From Macrostomum lignano (Eukaryota): a stretch of DNA of 64,000 nt. The translations under genes and the position numbers were made by a program. Below, piece by piece: positions 33,406 to 46,006 of this stretch; positions within the stretch are counted from its first letter, which is position 1, and each line of letters opens with the position of its first letter. The notes below the pieces were generated by a model. The model was not told the DNA's origin and searched no databases. It was given only the letters and a program-made list of their open reading frames with translations. The DNA lies in contig NIVC01000275.1 in assembly GCA_002269645.1 (NCBI GenBank), positions 310,001 through 374,000 of the forward strand, given 5' to 3'.

Positions 33406-36221
33406 CAGTTGGCCACAGTTGAAGCTGCAATCATGGGATTGTTGGAATGATATTTTCTGAAATCAATCACATACCTAGATAGATACAGACAAATCAGTTT
33501 TAGCATTGTGGATTTGTTGTCTCATTGCAAAAGTAACAAATATTGGCAGGAAGGCTGCAGACACCCTGGCGCAATGCCTTTGGTAGCATTGGTCTTAGCT
33601 AGTCTTGGGATAATTCTGCCCATTCCACTGACTTGTAAGGACATAAAAGCATATACCAATATTTAAGCAGGCACATACTCATATGCACGCTTGCACAGGG
33701 TGTACTGCAGAAAACTTTTTAATTGTTAGACATAGGCAAATTCTGCACCTTAGTGGTTGGCCATTATAGGTGAGAGGCAATTTAATCCTTAGCAAATTTT
33801 GTACACAAGCCCTAAATGAATATGGCTATGCACAGAATCAAACTAGAGGTTCCCATTTTTCAATTCTTAACCAACATTTTGTATTTCATATATTTGACAT
33901 TTTGATAAATTTCCAAATTTCACTTTTTTAGCACATTTGATTTCTTGCCCCTAGATGGGAAACAACTTTTAATATATAGAATTATTTTTATAATAAGAAA
34001 AAATCAAACATTGGCAATAGTGAATGATAATAAAAATAATAATTTTCCTAGAGTCTCCTTTAGAATTCTAGGCTGAGACAAATGTTTATAGATCTTAAAG
34101 CAAATCTTTTTGCTATTTTGATTATATTAATAGTCTATTAAATATATCAACACTATAAAAAAGGCTTAGACTAGCCTAATTAAATTAAAACCTAAATACA
34201 GATACTTATAAATATACTTTTAGGCAAAAAAGCTTATATAGGCAAAGTGCATTAAAAAAGTAGTTTGATTATTAAAAAATTAAGATAGAAATATTTTTAT
34301 TACTTGACTAATATCAAAAAAGCTTTTAATTTAGGCAAGCAAAATTTATCAGTCACCAAAAACAACTTTTAAAATCTCATTGGAGCACTTATTAAAACTA
34401 AATAAACAATGTTAATAATAGACAAAATGGCTATATAAAACAAGTGTTGCAAGTTGACTTGCTCTATTAATATATATTCTTAATATTGTATAATAAACAC
34501 AGCCTCTACTATACTATATAAATATTCTAAACCATTGTTGTTATTTTTAAAGTAATACATTTATACTACTAAGTATACTTAGTGTTGTTAACTATTTTTA
34601 GCTTTGGTACTTGCATCATTTGCATCAAAATACAAAAGAAGTGAATATATTGATATCATAAAATTTATATAGGCAATATGCATCCAAAAAGGAAAGCACA
34701 AAAGAAGTGAAAACAAAATTGTATTTTATAGAGCAACAACAAACAATTATATAAATTAAAATAATGCTAAAATGGTTATGCCCTATTGGAATAAGTTGAC
34801 AAAACGCGGACGACCGTCCGTCACATTTTTGGATTCTCCTGGTGTCGCGTCGCGCGACAGTGGTGTCAAGTGGTGTGTCGCGTCGCGCGACACTGGAAAC
34901 CTGGTGTCGTCATGAGTCGCGTCGCGGCCTGGACCTGTAGCCAAAACCTTGCAAACTGTGTTTCATTGTAATATGTTCATGGTTGTTTCTCGTATTTAAA
35001 TGTTTCAAATGTGTTTATTAAGTTCTTGAATTGTTCTTTTTTATTTTGACAGTAAAGTAACTAATACTTCAAGTATGTTACTTATTTTTTGTAACTATTT
35101 TTAGAAATGTTACTTGTTAGTTACAATGCGTGCACTGTTTTTCTAAGTGTTGTACCTTTGTTGTTTTACTGTGTTTATTGTTTTTAAATTTCTTTTCTTT
35201 TTCCGCAAAATTGAAAGGAATACTCTCGTCCCTTGCCTCATGGTCTCGGTGTTGGGAGTGAATGGCAGAACAGGAATTGTCAATTGCAACGTGGCTGCTG
35301 TGGCGTCCTCCCCCCCCCCCCAGTCATTCGGTCAACAGACATCAGTGTTGCATCGCGCGTCGCAGCCCCCGCGTTAAAAAAATTTGGTGTCATGTCGTGC
35401 TTTTGTAGGCACAATTTTAGCACCCATGTCGCGCGTCCGCAGGTTTTTGAAACTTATTCCAATAATAGGGTGGTTATGTAAAATAGTTAAAAAAATCCTA
35501 AGTGTTTACAAAGTATCACAAAGTAAAATTTACCACAAAATTTAATTGATCATAAAAGTAAAAAGTAGCTCCACCCCCTTTTTGTTAATTATAAACTTCA
35601 ATTAGGGGGCCTAAGCATTTTCAACTTCTATTACAAATTATTAAATCTCTTGTTCTAACAGTACAAAATGCAATAGACCTACAACACTTTGTTTTATGTG
35701 GCCATTTTAATGGTGTGACTATTTTGTTATGTGGCACATTTTGATGGCATCCCATTTTGATATTGTTAGTTAGTTTTTTGTTAAAAATCATAAATCTTCA
35801 TTAATAGTTTATTTAAAATAAAAAAATTTAACAAATAAAACTTAAGTTATGTTGTCATTTGATATCTATTGGTAGCCTTAAGCTATCAAATTTATTGTGT
35901 AGGCTAGGCTCTATACATGTTATGTTATTGTTAAATATGTAAAAGAAAAACAAGAAAACTTAGAAAACTAGGCCTAGGGCCTACAGAAAATATATATTAT
36001 TTAAGCCTAGTTTTAAAATAGTATAAAGTGCCTCTTGTTGCACTATTTATACCATAGTCCGTAAGCCCTAACCATAGCCCATAGGCCTAAAATCCTCCAT
36101 TCCCAATACCTTGGTTGGCTTTACCTATAACATTACATAACACATAGTTGGGTTGAAGCTACCAACCAACCAACACAGTGAAGCTTGAATTTGAAATAAG
36201 CACCATGCATTAAAGGGTGCT

Positions 36222-36985
36222 GGTCACTTCGTCAACTGGCGTTTCGTCAAATGGTTGACGAAGTGACTATTTGGCAGGGTAGGGTATTTGCTATTGACGA
36301 AGTGACCAAAGTCTAGTGGGTGGTCATAGGCCTACTGATTGGTCAGTTAACGAAGGGACCGAGATCAATGAACCCAGTTGACAAAACGAAACAACAAACT
36401 TTGAATAAGTTTACTCGATGGAAGGGGATTGGCTATTATTTTTTATTTTTCCTTCGTTCGAAGTGCATGCCATGTCAAATGCGTTACTCGATGATGCCAA
36501 ATCAAGGACGTCGTAAATACGTATAAATTATTAAGCATTTGTTCACAAGTCTTAATTGTAGTTCTTGAGGTTAATTTTTATTAATCAATTTTAATTGCTT
36601 AACTGTTTATCGTTATTAATTGTTCTTTTTTGAAATAGCTTTTCCTTTGTTGTAATTCAATGAATTTTAATATCGCAAAAATTCAAATGTTCAGTATGTA
36701 ATTAGAAATGTCGACTGCAGCAGCAGTGTTGGTGTGGTACGCGATTTAAAATTAATTAAACTGCTTAATCCGCTTCATTCATGTGAGAGTTTAACAGAAG
36801 AATTATTGGCACAGATGCAGTCATGAACATATATACATACTACTACTGCATTGTATAATACGAGTATGTACGTAATGCACAGTGACGAAGTGACCACGTT
36901 TAGAGGTCCACTGATTGGCCAGTTGACGAAGTGACCCGAGGGCAATAGCTTCCCAGTTGACGAAACGCCAGTTGACGATTTGACT
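36222..36985. mobile_element. Non-autonomous DNA transposon / MITE-like element with 29-bp terminal inverted repeats
   Basis: Left GGTCACTTCGTCAACTGGCGTTTCGTCAA (36222-36250) matches the reverse complement of right TTGACGAAACGCCAGTTGACGATTTGACT (36957-36985). Subterminal TGACGAAGTGAC motifs recur near both ends; there is no ORF. Confidence 0.7.
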
Positions 36986-37589
36986 AGGATCCGCATTAAA
37001 AACCCCTTATATTAGTGGCAAAACTATGAATTTGATCCTATCAAAATAGCAACTTATATATATTTATATATATATATATATATATGACTTATTATATAAG
37101 CCAAGAAGTCTCAAAATTTAAGTAACTTTCAATGTGAGTTGGGTTGTAATTTGAGAGCTATGAAACTGGGGCTGCTTAATCACAGTTAGAAAATGTCAGC
37201 TGGTAAATATAGCGGCCACAAAAAGTCGGCAAACTAAAACCTGAACTGACAAAAGTCGGCTAATGGGTTTCACAATTGCTCTGAAATTTCAGACCGATTA
37301 CATTCAAAACGATTCGTCTATAATTTTTAACAAAATTGACCTGCTTCAACCATCTTTGTCGCAAGTATTAAGCAATTGCTTGGCATCTAATTAGCTCTAT
37401 AAAGTGACGATTTTCTGAAGTGAAAAAAATTAAGATACATCGATTCATAGATTGCCTAAAAATAATTGAGGCAGACATTACATATTTTGATGTGTATTGC
37501 CTTTCTTATGGCTCTATTGATATTCATAAAACTTTACGCGCAGAAAGTTAGTGTTCTATGTTAATTCTCAGTGTTCTAAATCTACCATC

Positions 37590-40500
37590 CTATATACTAA
37601 AAATGAAATGCTTCCTCCTAATACTAAAACTGACGCGATGTTTGTCTGTCTGTCTGTCTGTCTGTATGTAGCAAGTGAACTCCTACAATACTGCCAAGTC
37701 AGCGTCGAAACTTATATGGGAAAACTGCAAATTTTCCGGAGCAGGCTTTAGGCTATTTTAATTTTTAATTTTCACATTTTAACATCCCTAAAAAAGCAGA
37801 AAACTGTTTTTTTAACCCCCAATAACCTTCTTTGGCCACTCTGACTAGGGCTGCAGCCAGTTTGTAAAAATAGCCACCCCAACCTCCGCCCGCGGGCCGC
37901 TGTGTATTGAGGGGTGGTGGGTGCGCGTGTTCTGGGTTCAATGCAAATAAAACCCCCGCCTGTTGGGGGGTTGAGTTAAATTTAATGATTCCCCCAGAAC
38001 GGGGGTTGGGCTTGGGCTGAGTGTACATAGCAGTTGTACAGTGTAAATAGATAGACTGTGTCGAGATTCATTTGGTTTTATTATTGGCAGCCCTGTGTAT
38101 TAGTTTGGCAGTGAAATTCAATGAATAAACTTGCGAGCTTCTCTAGCAAGCAGTCGGGAAATCGGTAAATTTCAAACGCTAACTGTTCCTCGAGTTTTAA
38201 ACTTTGAGAGGAGAGACTTATATTGCTGGAAAGATCTTGCAACGCTGAGTTCGGGGATATAAGTTGTATGCTTTAAATATGAAAAGAAAAAGCACAGCAT
38301 TTAAAAAACTATTTCCATACTTTTAACTTTCTGCAAAAATTGTACTCAGTTTTGCGAGACGTAATAGATAAAGTTGGGCGTATTGGAAGGGGGTCTGCCG
38401 CTGCGTATTGGAGGGTTGATTTAGATTGCGCAACCGTTTATTTAACTTTAAATAAGACTGATACTGTCTGACTGAGAAATGGTTTGCGCAATTAATTGAT
38501 TCAATTAATTCAACACGCAGCTCTGGGCAGCTCTAACCCTAACCCTAACCAATGAACTAAGAGTTAAGTTCTTTTTGACAGAGAAAATTTCGATTGAGTC
38601 CAGTTTCACGGAGTATTCTGATGGTTTTCGGTTTCACGGAGAGGATTTCTTTTTCGTGGAGAGAATCTAGATGTATTTCTGTTTTACGGAGACGATTTTG
38701 ATGGATGTCAGTTTCACTCAGAGGATTTCCATGGAGCCCAGTTTCACGGAGAGGGTTTCTGTTTCGCGGAGAGGATTTCTGTTTCGCGGAGAGGATTTCT
38801 GTTTCGCGGAGAGGATTTCTGTTTCGCGGAGAGGATTTCTGTTTCGCGGAGAGGATTTCTGTTTCACGGAGGGATTTTGGTATCTTCAGTCAGTCAGTAA
38901 AGAGAGTAAAGACAAGAGTGAAAAGAGAAGAGAGAAGAGATTATAGAAAAGAGAGTAGAGATGAGAGAGGACAGATTAGACATGACAGATGGGAGAGAAG
39001 AGGGGAGTAAGGCGGGAACGAAGAGGGAGAGAGAAGAAAAGAGGAGAGAGGAGATGAGAGGGAAGATATGAGATAGCAAAGGGAGACAGGAGAGATGAGA
39101 GGAGAGAAAAGAGAGGAGCTGAGAGTAGAGGAGAAAGAAATAGTGAGATGAGGCATGAGGGATGTGAGATGAGAGAGGAGAGAAGAGAGGAGAGAGAAGA
39201 AAACAGGGGATAAAGGAGACAGGAGAGAAAGACGAAAGACGAGGGAGAAGAGATAAATAAGTTGGTAGAGATGAGAGACGTGAGAGGAGAGAAAAGAGAA
39301 GAGAGGAGACAGAAGAATCTGAGTCTGGACAATGGCAGTCAGTTTTTGCGAACAGGGAAAACAAGATATGGTATTTGAAAGGCTTTACAGAGGATTTGGA
39401 GATGATTTGGAAGATGGGATTCAAGTCATGGAATTTCAGCTGATGGATTTCAGGGAATGGAATTCCGGTGATGGGAGTTCTTCCCCTTTCTCCTCCAGAG
39501 GAGGAGTTGGCCTCGTTAATACTAAAAGTGGTGCGTTGTTTGTGTGTATGTATGTTGTAAGTGAACTCCTACAATACTGCCAAGTCAGCGTCGAAACTTA
39601 TATGGGAAAACTGCAAATTTTCCGGAGCAGGCTTTAGGCTATTTTAATTTTTAATTTTCACATTTTAACATCCCTAAAAAAGCAGAAAACTGCTTTTTTA
39701 ACCCCCAATAACCTTCTTTGGCCACTCTGCCTGGGGCTGCAGCCAGTTTGTAAAAATAGCCACCCAACCTCCGCCCGCGGGCCGCTGTGTATTGAGGGGT
39801 GGTGGGTGCGAGTGGAAATAAAACCCCCGCGTGTGGGGGGGTTCAGTTAAATTTAATGCTTCCCCAGAACGGGGATAGGGCTTGGGCTGAGTGTACATAG
39901 CAGTTGTACAGTGTAAATAGATAGACTGTGTCGAGATTCATTTGGTTTTATTATTGGCAGCCCTGTGTATTAGTTTGGCAGTGAAATTCAATGAATAAAC
40001 TTGCGAGCTTCTCTAGCAAGCAGTCGGGAAATTGGTAAATTTCAAACGCTAACTGTTCCTCGAGTTTTAAACTTTGAGAGGAGAGACTTATATTGCTGGA
40101 AAGATCTTGCAACGCTGAGTTCGGGAATATAAGTTGTATGCTTTAAATATGAAAAGAAAAAGCACAGCATTTAAAAAACTATTTCCATACTTTTAACTTT
40201 CTGCAAAAACTGTAATCAGTTTTGCGAGACGTAATAGATAAAGTTGGGCGTATTGGAAGGGGTCTGCCGCTGCGTATTGGAGGGTTGATTTAGATTGCGC
40301 AACCGTTTATTTAACTTTAAATAAGACTGATACTGTCTGACTGAGAAATGGTTTGCGCAATTAATTGATTCAATTAATTCAACACGCAGCTCTGTGCAGC
40401 TCTAACCCTAACCCTAACCAATGAATTCTGAAAGTTAAGTTCTTTTTGACAGAGAAAATTTCGATTGAGTCCAGTTTCACGGAGTATTCTGATGGTTTTC

Positions 40501-41450
40501 GGTTTCACGGAGAGGATTTCTTTTTCGTGGAGAGAATCTAGATGTATTTCTGTTTTACGGAGACGATTTTGATGGATGTCAGTTTCACTCAGAGGATTTC
40601 CATGGAGCCCAGTTTCACGGAGGGGATTTCTGTTTCGCGGATTGGATTTCAAAAGGAGTCCAGTTTCACGGAGAGGGTTTCTGTTTCGCGGAGAGGATTT
40701 CTGTTTCGCGGAGAGGATTTCTGTTTCGCGGAGAGGATTTCTGTTTCACGGAGGGATTTTGATGGATTTGGTATCTTCAGTCAGTCAGTAAAGAGAGTAA
40801 AGAGAAGAGTGAAAAGAGAAGAGAGAAGAGATGAGAGAGGACAGATTAGACATGACAGATGGGAGAGAAGAGGGGAGTAACGCGGGAACGAAGAGGGAGA
40901 GAGAAGAAAAGAGGAGAGAGGAGATGAGAGGGAAGATATGAGATAGCAGAGGGAGACAGGAGAGATGAGAGGAGAGAGAAGAGAGGAGCTGAGAGTAGAG
41001 GAGAAAGAAATAGTGAGATGAGGCATGAGGGATGAGAGATGAGAGAGGAGAGAAGAGAGGAGAGAGGAGAAAACAGGGGATAAAGGAGACAGGAGAGAAA
41101 GACGAAAGACGAGGGAGAAGAGATAAATAAGGTGGTAGAGATGAGAGACGTGAGAGGAGAGAAAAGAGAAGAGAGGAGACAGAAGAATCTGAGTCTGGAC
41201 AATGGCAGTCAGTTTTTGCGAACAGGGAAAACAAGATATGGTATTTGAAAGGCTTTACAGAGGATTTGGAGATGATTTGGAAGATGGGATTCAAGTCATG
41301 GAATTTCAGCTAATGGATTTCAGGGAATGGAATTCCGGTGATGGGAGTTCTTCCCCTTTCTCCTCCAGAGGAGGAGTTGGCCTCGTATATACTAAAAATG
41401 GTCTGTCTGTGTCTATGTGATCGATTAGAGAAAAAATGGCTGGACCGATT
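37590..41450 (+). mobile_element. Head-to-tail ~1.9-kb tandem duplication bounded by Helitron-like 5' heads
   Basis: 37673-39516 and 39559-41386 are near-identical. The heads at ~37590, ~39515 and ~41385 read (T)ATACTAAAA followed by a (GTCT/GTAT)n tract. The third continues GGCTGGACCGATTTT, a motif typical of non-autonomous invertebrate Helitrons. Confidence 0.6.
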
Positions 41451-41997
41451 TTGTTCGAACTTGCACTGTTCGATCAGAAATTTTCCCGTGACGGTACATG
41501 CATCGTGGCTAAGAAATTGCTCGATGCTAAAGGCATTAAATATTCGAAAAACATGCTTTTTTGCAAAGGTCAAGCAAACTTTTCGACTTGAAATGCATTG
41601 TAAGAATGCTAGAGAAAAAACTGACTGGTTGAATTCTGATTCTGAAATAGATTGCATCATAACTGAATTGTAACTTCGACTTGAATTGAAAATGCAGTGT
41701 GGAAGCGTAGCACCAGACTTGATTTAAATTGCGTAACCATATTGTTAACTGATACTGACTGACTGAGAAACTGATTATGTCATAACTGCTTCGTGTGATT
41801 TACTCTATGCTTGGATTTTAGAGTGTTGAATTATATAAGTGAAAAATTTGATGATATCAAAACGATGAGAGCTAGCCTAGAGGTGAACAAATTGAACTGC
41901 TAAATGCAGCGACGATGGTTCGAATTTTCATAGTGTATAATTTTTTTAATTAAAGCTTTTCAACGTCAGGAAAACTAAAAGACTTTTTAAAAAGAAT

Positions 41998-43600
41998 CGT
42001 CATGTGAAAATCATAGAAGCGTCATGTAAAAAATCGTAGAAGCGTCATTTAAAAAATCATAGAAGCGTCATGTAAAAAATCGTAGAAGCGTCATTTAAAA
42101 AATCATAGAAGCGTCATATAAAAATCATAAATGCGTCATTTAAAGAATCATTGAAGCGTCATGTAAACAATCATAGAAGCGTCATGTAAACAATCATAGA
42201 AGCGTCATGTAAAAAATCATAGAAGAGTCATGTAAAAAAATCGAAGCGTCATGTAAATAATCATAGAAGCGTCATGTAAACAATCGTAGAAGCGTCATAT
42301 AAAAATCATAGAAGCGTCATTTAAAAAATCATAGAAGAGTCATGTAAAAAAATCGAAGCGTCATGTAAATAATCATAGAAGCGTCATGTAAACAATCGTA
42401 GAAGCGTCATATAAAAATCATAGAAGCGTCATTTAAAAAATCATAGAAGCGTCATGTAAACAATCATAGAAGCGTCATGTAAAAAAGTCATAGAAGCGTC
42501 ATGTAAACAATCATAGAAGCGTCCTGTAAACAATCATAGAAGCGTCATGTAAACAATCATAGAAGCGTCATGTAAAAAATCATAGAAGCGTCATTTAAAA
42601 AAATCATAGAAGCGTCATTTAAAACATCATAGAAGCGTCATGTAAAAAATCATAGAAGCGTCATGTAAACAATCATAGAAGCGTCATGTAAAAATCATAG
42701 AAGCGTCATTTAAAAAAAATCATAGAAGCGTCATTTAAAACATCATAGAAGCGTCATGTAAAAAAATCATAGAATCGTCATGTAAACAATCATAGAAGCG
42801 TCATGTAAAAATCATAGAAGCGTCATGTAAAAAATCATAGAAACGTCATGTAGAAAAATCATAGAAGCGTCATGTAAACAATCATAGAAGCGTCATGTAA
42901 AAATCGTAGAAGCGTCATTTAAAAATCATAGAAGCGTCATTTAAAAAAATCATAGAAGCGTCATGTAAAAAAGTCATAGAAGCGTCATGTAAACAATCAT
43001 AGAAGCGTCCTGTAAACAATCATAGAAGCGTCTTGTAAAAAATCATAGAAGCGTCATGTAAAAAAATCATACAAGCGTCATGTAAAAAAGTATAGAAGCG
43101 TCATGTAGACAATCATAGAAGCGTCATGTAAAAATCATAAAAGCGTCATGTAAAAAATCATAGAAGCGTCATGTAAAAAAATCATACAAGTGTCATGTAA
43201 AAAAGTATAGAAGCGTCATGTAGACAATCATAGAAGCGTCATGTAAAAATCATAAAAGCGTTATGTAAAAAATCATAGAAGCGTCATGTAAAAAAATCAT
43301 AGAAGCGTCATGTAAAAACATCATAGAAACGTCATGTAAACAATCGTAGAAGCGTCATGTAAAAATTACAAAACTTATACAAAACTTATTACAAAACTTA
43401 TATAAAAACTAATGGAAGTGTCATTTAAGAAATCATAGAAGCGTCAAACATCAAAAGCTAATGAGCTAAAAACATCATAGAAACGTCATATAAACAATCA
43501 TAGAAGCGTAATGTAAAAAGTCATAGAAGCCTTATATAAAAACTAATGGAAGTGTCATTTTAGAAATCATAGAAGCGTCATGTAAAAATCAAAATAAGCG
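41998..43600. repeat. 21-23-bp AT-rich satellite (AAAATCATAGAAGCGTCATGTAA)
   Basis: About 65-70 copies, degenerating at the right end. Confidence 0.96.
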
Positions 43601-43639
43601 TCAGGTCAGACATGAAAGAAGTGTCATGTAAAAATTAAA

Positions 43640-45010
43640 AGAAGCTATTGTGCTGTGCTGGGGAGAATTACTGAGATGTCAAGGCTCACGGAGAATAACT
43701 GAGATTAGGGGGGGGGGGTTTCTGAGATGTCAAAGCAAAAGTCAGAAGCTACTTCAAAGTACATGTAGTTTACTCAATTTTTTTATTACCTTCTTTGTTG
43801 GCTCGCCACGGGGGGGCGCTGATAGAAGAAGAGTCATGTAAAAAAGAAAAGAAGCACTATGTATACATAAAAGAAGAGTCATATCGAAGTTAAAATATTC
43901 ATTTGGGAATTGCTACGATGTCAAAGCGTAGTGTCAAAGGTTGAGGGTTAGATTTTAGCGGGTTTCAAGGTTAACAGGGGATTTTTCAGATATCAAGGTT
44001 TATGGGGGGCATTGCTGACATTTCAAGGCTTACGAGGGGAATAGCTGAGATGTCAAGGATCATGGGGGAATAAATGAGATGTCAAGGCTAAAGTCAGAAG
44101 CTACATGTAGTCTATTGAAAACTTTTTTTCATTATTTGTTGGCTCCTCATGGGAGGGATCGCTGATAGAAAAAGCGTAATGTAAAAAATAAGAAGCTTCA
44201 TGTCGAAGTTAAGAGATTCATTTGGGAATCCCTACGATGTCGAGGCTTGCAGGGAATCGCTATAATGCTGTAGTAGTGCTATAATGACTCTTAGAGAGAA
44301 TTACTGAAATGTCAATGCTTTAGGGTTAGGTTAGGTTAGGGTTAGGGTTAGGGTTAGAAAGTTGACAGATTTTTTTAGATTTCATGGCTTATGGGGAGCA
44401 TCGCTGAGATGTCAAGGGGAAGTTGAAATGTTAAAGCTTGTGGGGGGGGGGAATTACTGACATGTCAAGGCTTACAAGGGACTGCTTGCAAAGCAGTATA
44501 TTATTGCAAAGAGATGCAAATATTGCAGAGAGATATTGCAAAGTGATGCTACATGTAGCTTATTACAAAACTTGTACTGCATTTTTTGGCTCCCCAACGC
44601 TAAGATACTAAGCTAAAAAAATACTACTAGCGCTTCACAAACTTATACAGATGTCAGGCTGTAGGGTTAGTGTTAGCGTTGGTGTTAGGGTATATGGTTA
44701 GGGTTAGGGTTATAGCGTTAAGATTCGGGTTAGTGCTAGGGTTAGGGTAGCTTATAACTTAGCTCATGTAGCTTATTAAAAATGTTTAGCATAGAAGCGT
44801 CATGCAAAAATCATGGAAGCGTCATGCAAAAAATCATAGAAGCATCATGCAAAAACTCATGGACAAAATATTAAATTTAGGGTTATGTTTAGGGTTGGGG
44901 TTAGGGCTATTAGAAGTTTGACAGGAGATTTTTTAGGATTTCAAGGCTACATGTAGCTTATTAAAAAACGTGTATTTCATTTCTTTAGCTCCCCAACGGG
45001 GGGCGTAGAT
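43640..45010. repeat. Degenerate complex repeat with CTGAGATGTCAAGG units, recurrent GCTACATGTAG...GGCTCC blocks and short (TTAGGG)n runs
   Basis: Related blocks near 43740, 44090, 44565 and 44945; TTAGG(G) runs near 44320-44357, 44665-44750 and 44877-44906. Confidence 0.7.
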
Positions 45011-46006
45011 TGCTAGTTTATACTAATGCTATAAGTGCTAGGATCTATGGTTATTAGGACGGCCCAGTTATTAGTCAATGGAAGAGAGCGACATTAACAC
45101 GCGCTGTATCATGTTGACCGCATTAACCCGATAAGAGGAGAAAGAGAGCTAAAGAGGAAATGGAGGCATTGAATGTACTGCTTCTCTTAATTTTACATAT
45201 TATGAAATTAGCCATGGCTGACGCTGAGAGGCAGTATCTAAAATTTTGTCTCATACTGAACGATAAGGAGCTTTGCCTAGGGATGAGATATCCGGAGTAA
45301 CCTTGATCACGGAGCTGAACGGAGACGGAATGCAAGCGGAGCTGAATGCAAGGATCTAATTTTGGTGACTTCATGACGTATCTGGATGCTGAAACTGGTG
45401 AGAATGCAGTCGACATGTTGCATGGAATGCCTGAAAGTTCAGAGGCAAATGATGGCCGACTTCGGTAATAAGTTTGTTATCTTTCTTCGCGCAAAAAACC
45501 TACAGGCGTAGCGACTTGGCTGACATGGATGATGATGGAACGCTATTAAACCAGTATCTGAGAAAATTCTGAGGCATAGCAGTTTTTTTCTGCCCTATTT
45601 TGGAGTGTTAATATCATTACAACGCTCGCGCTGTAATAACACTAGCCTTCAAAAATAGTGCAGAAAATATATCATTACGGCTGAACCAATTAGCAAGTTG
45701 TTTACGTCGCAAGCTTGTCTTTATTTTTTATAGCTTATACATCCTTCTTTGCAACTGAACTGGAAGTAGAAGGGCTGTTTCACTAAGTATTGAATACCTA
45801 AGTGAACCAGTCTAGTTATTTCAGTATCTGTAGTATGCGAGTGCAGAAATATGCTATTTTAACGCACTGTTTCCACTAACTGGCACGTGGCGGTTATATA
45901 TACTTATAAGTTGTTTTACGAGTGTATATTTTAAATTTTTATTCAAAAAAACGAGTTGCGGCATGCGAGTGTTAAGTAAGTGCGACAGTTTCATAATATA
46001 AAATAT

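Noticed and set aside
38530-44910. Telomere-telomere fusion scar
   Set aside because: The runs are only 3-6 units and the order is CCCTAA then TTAGGG, kilobases apart, opposite to the TTAGGG/CCCTAA junction expected from a fusion.
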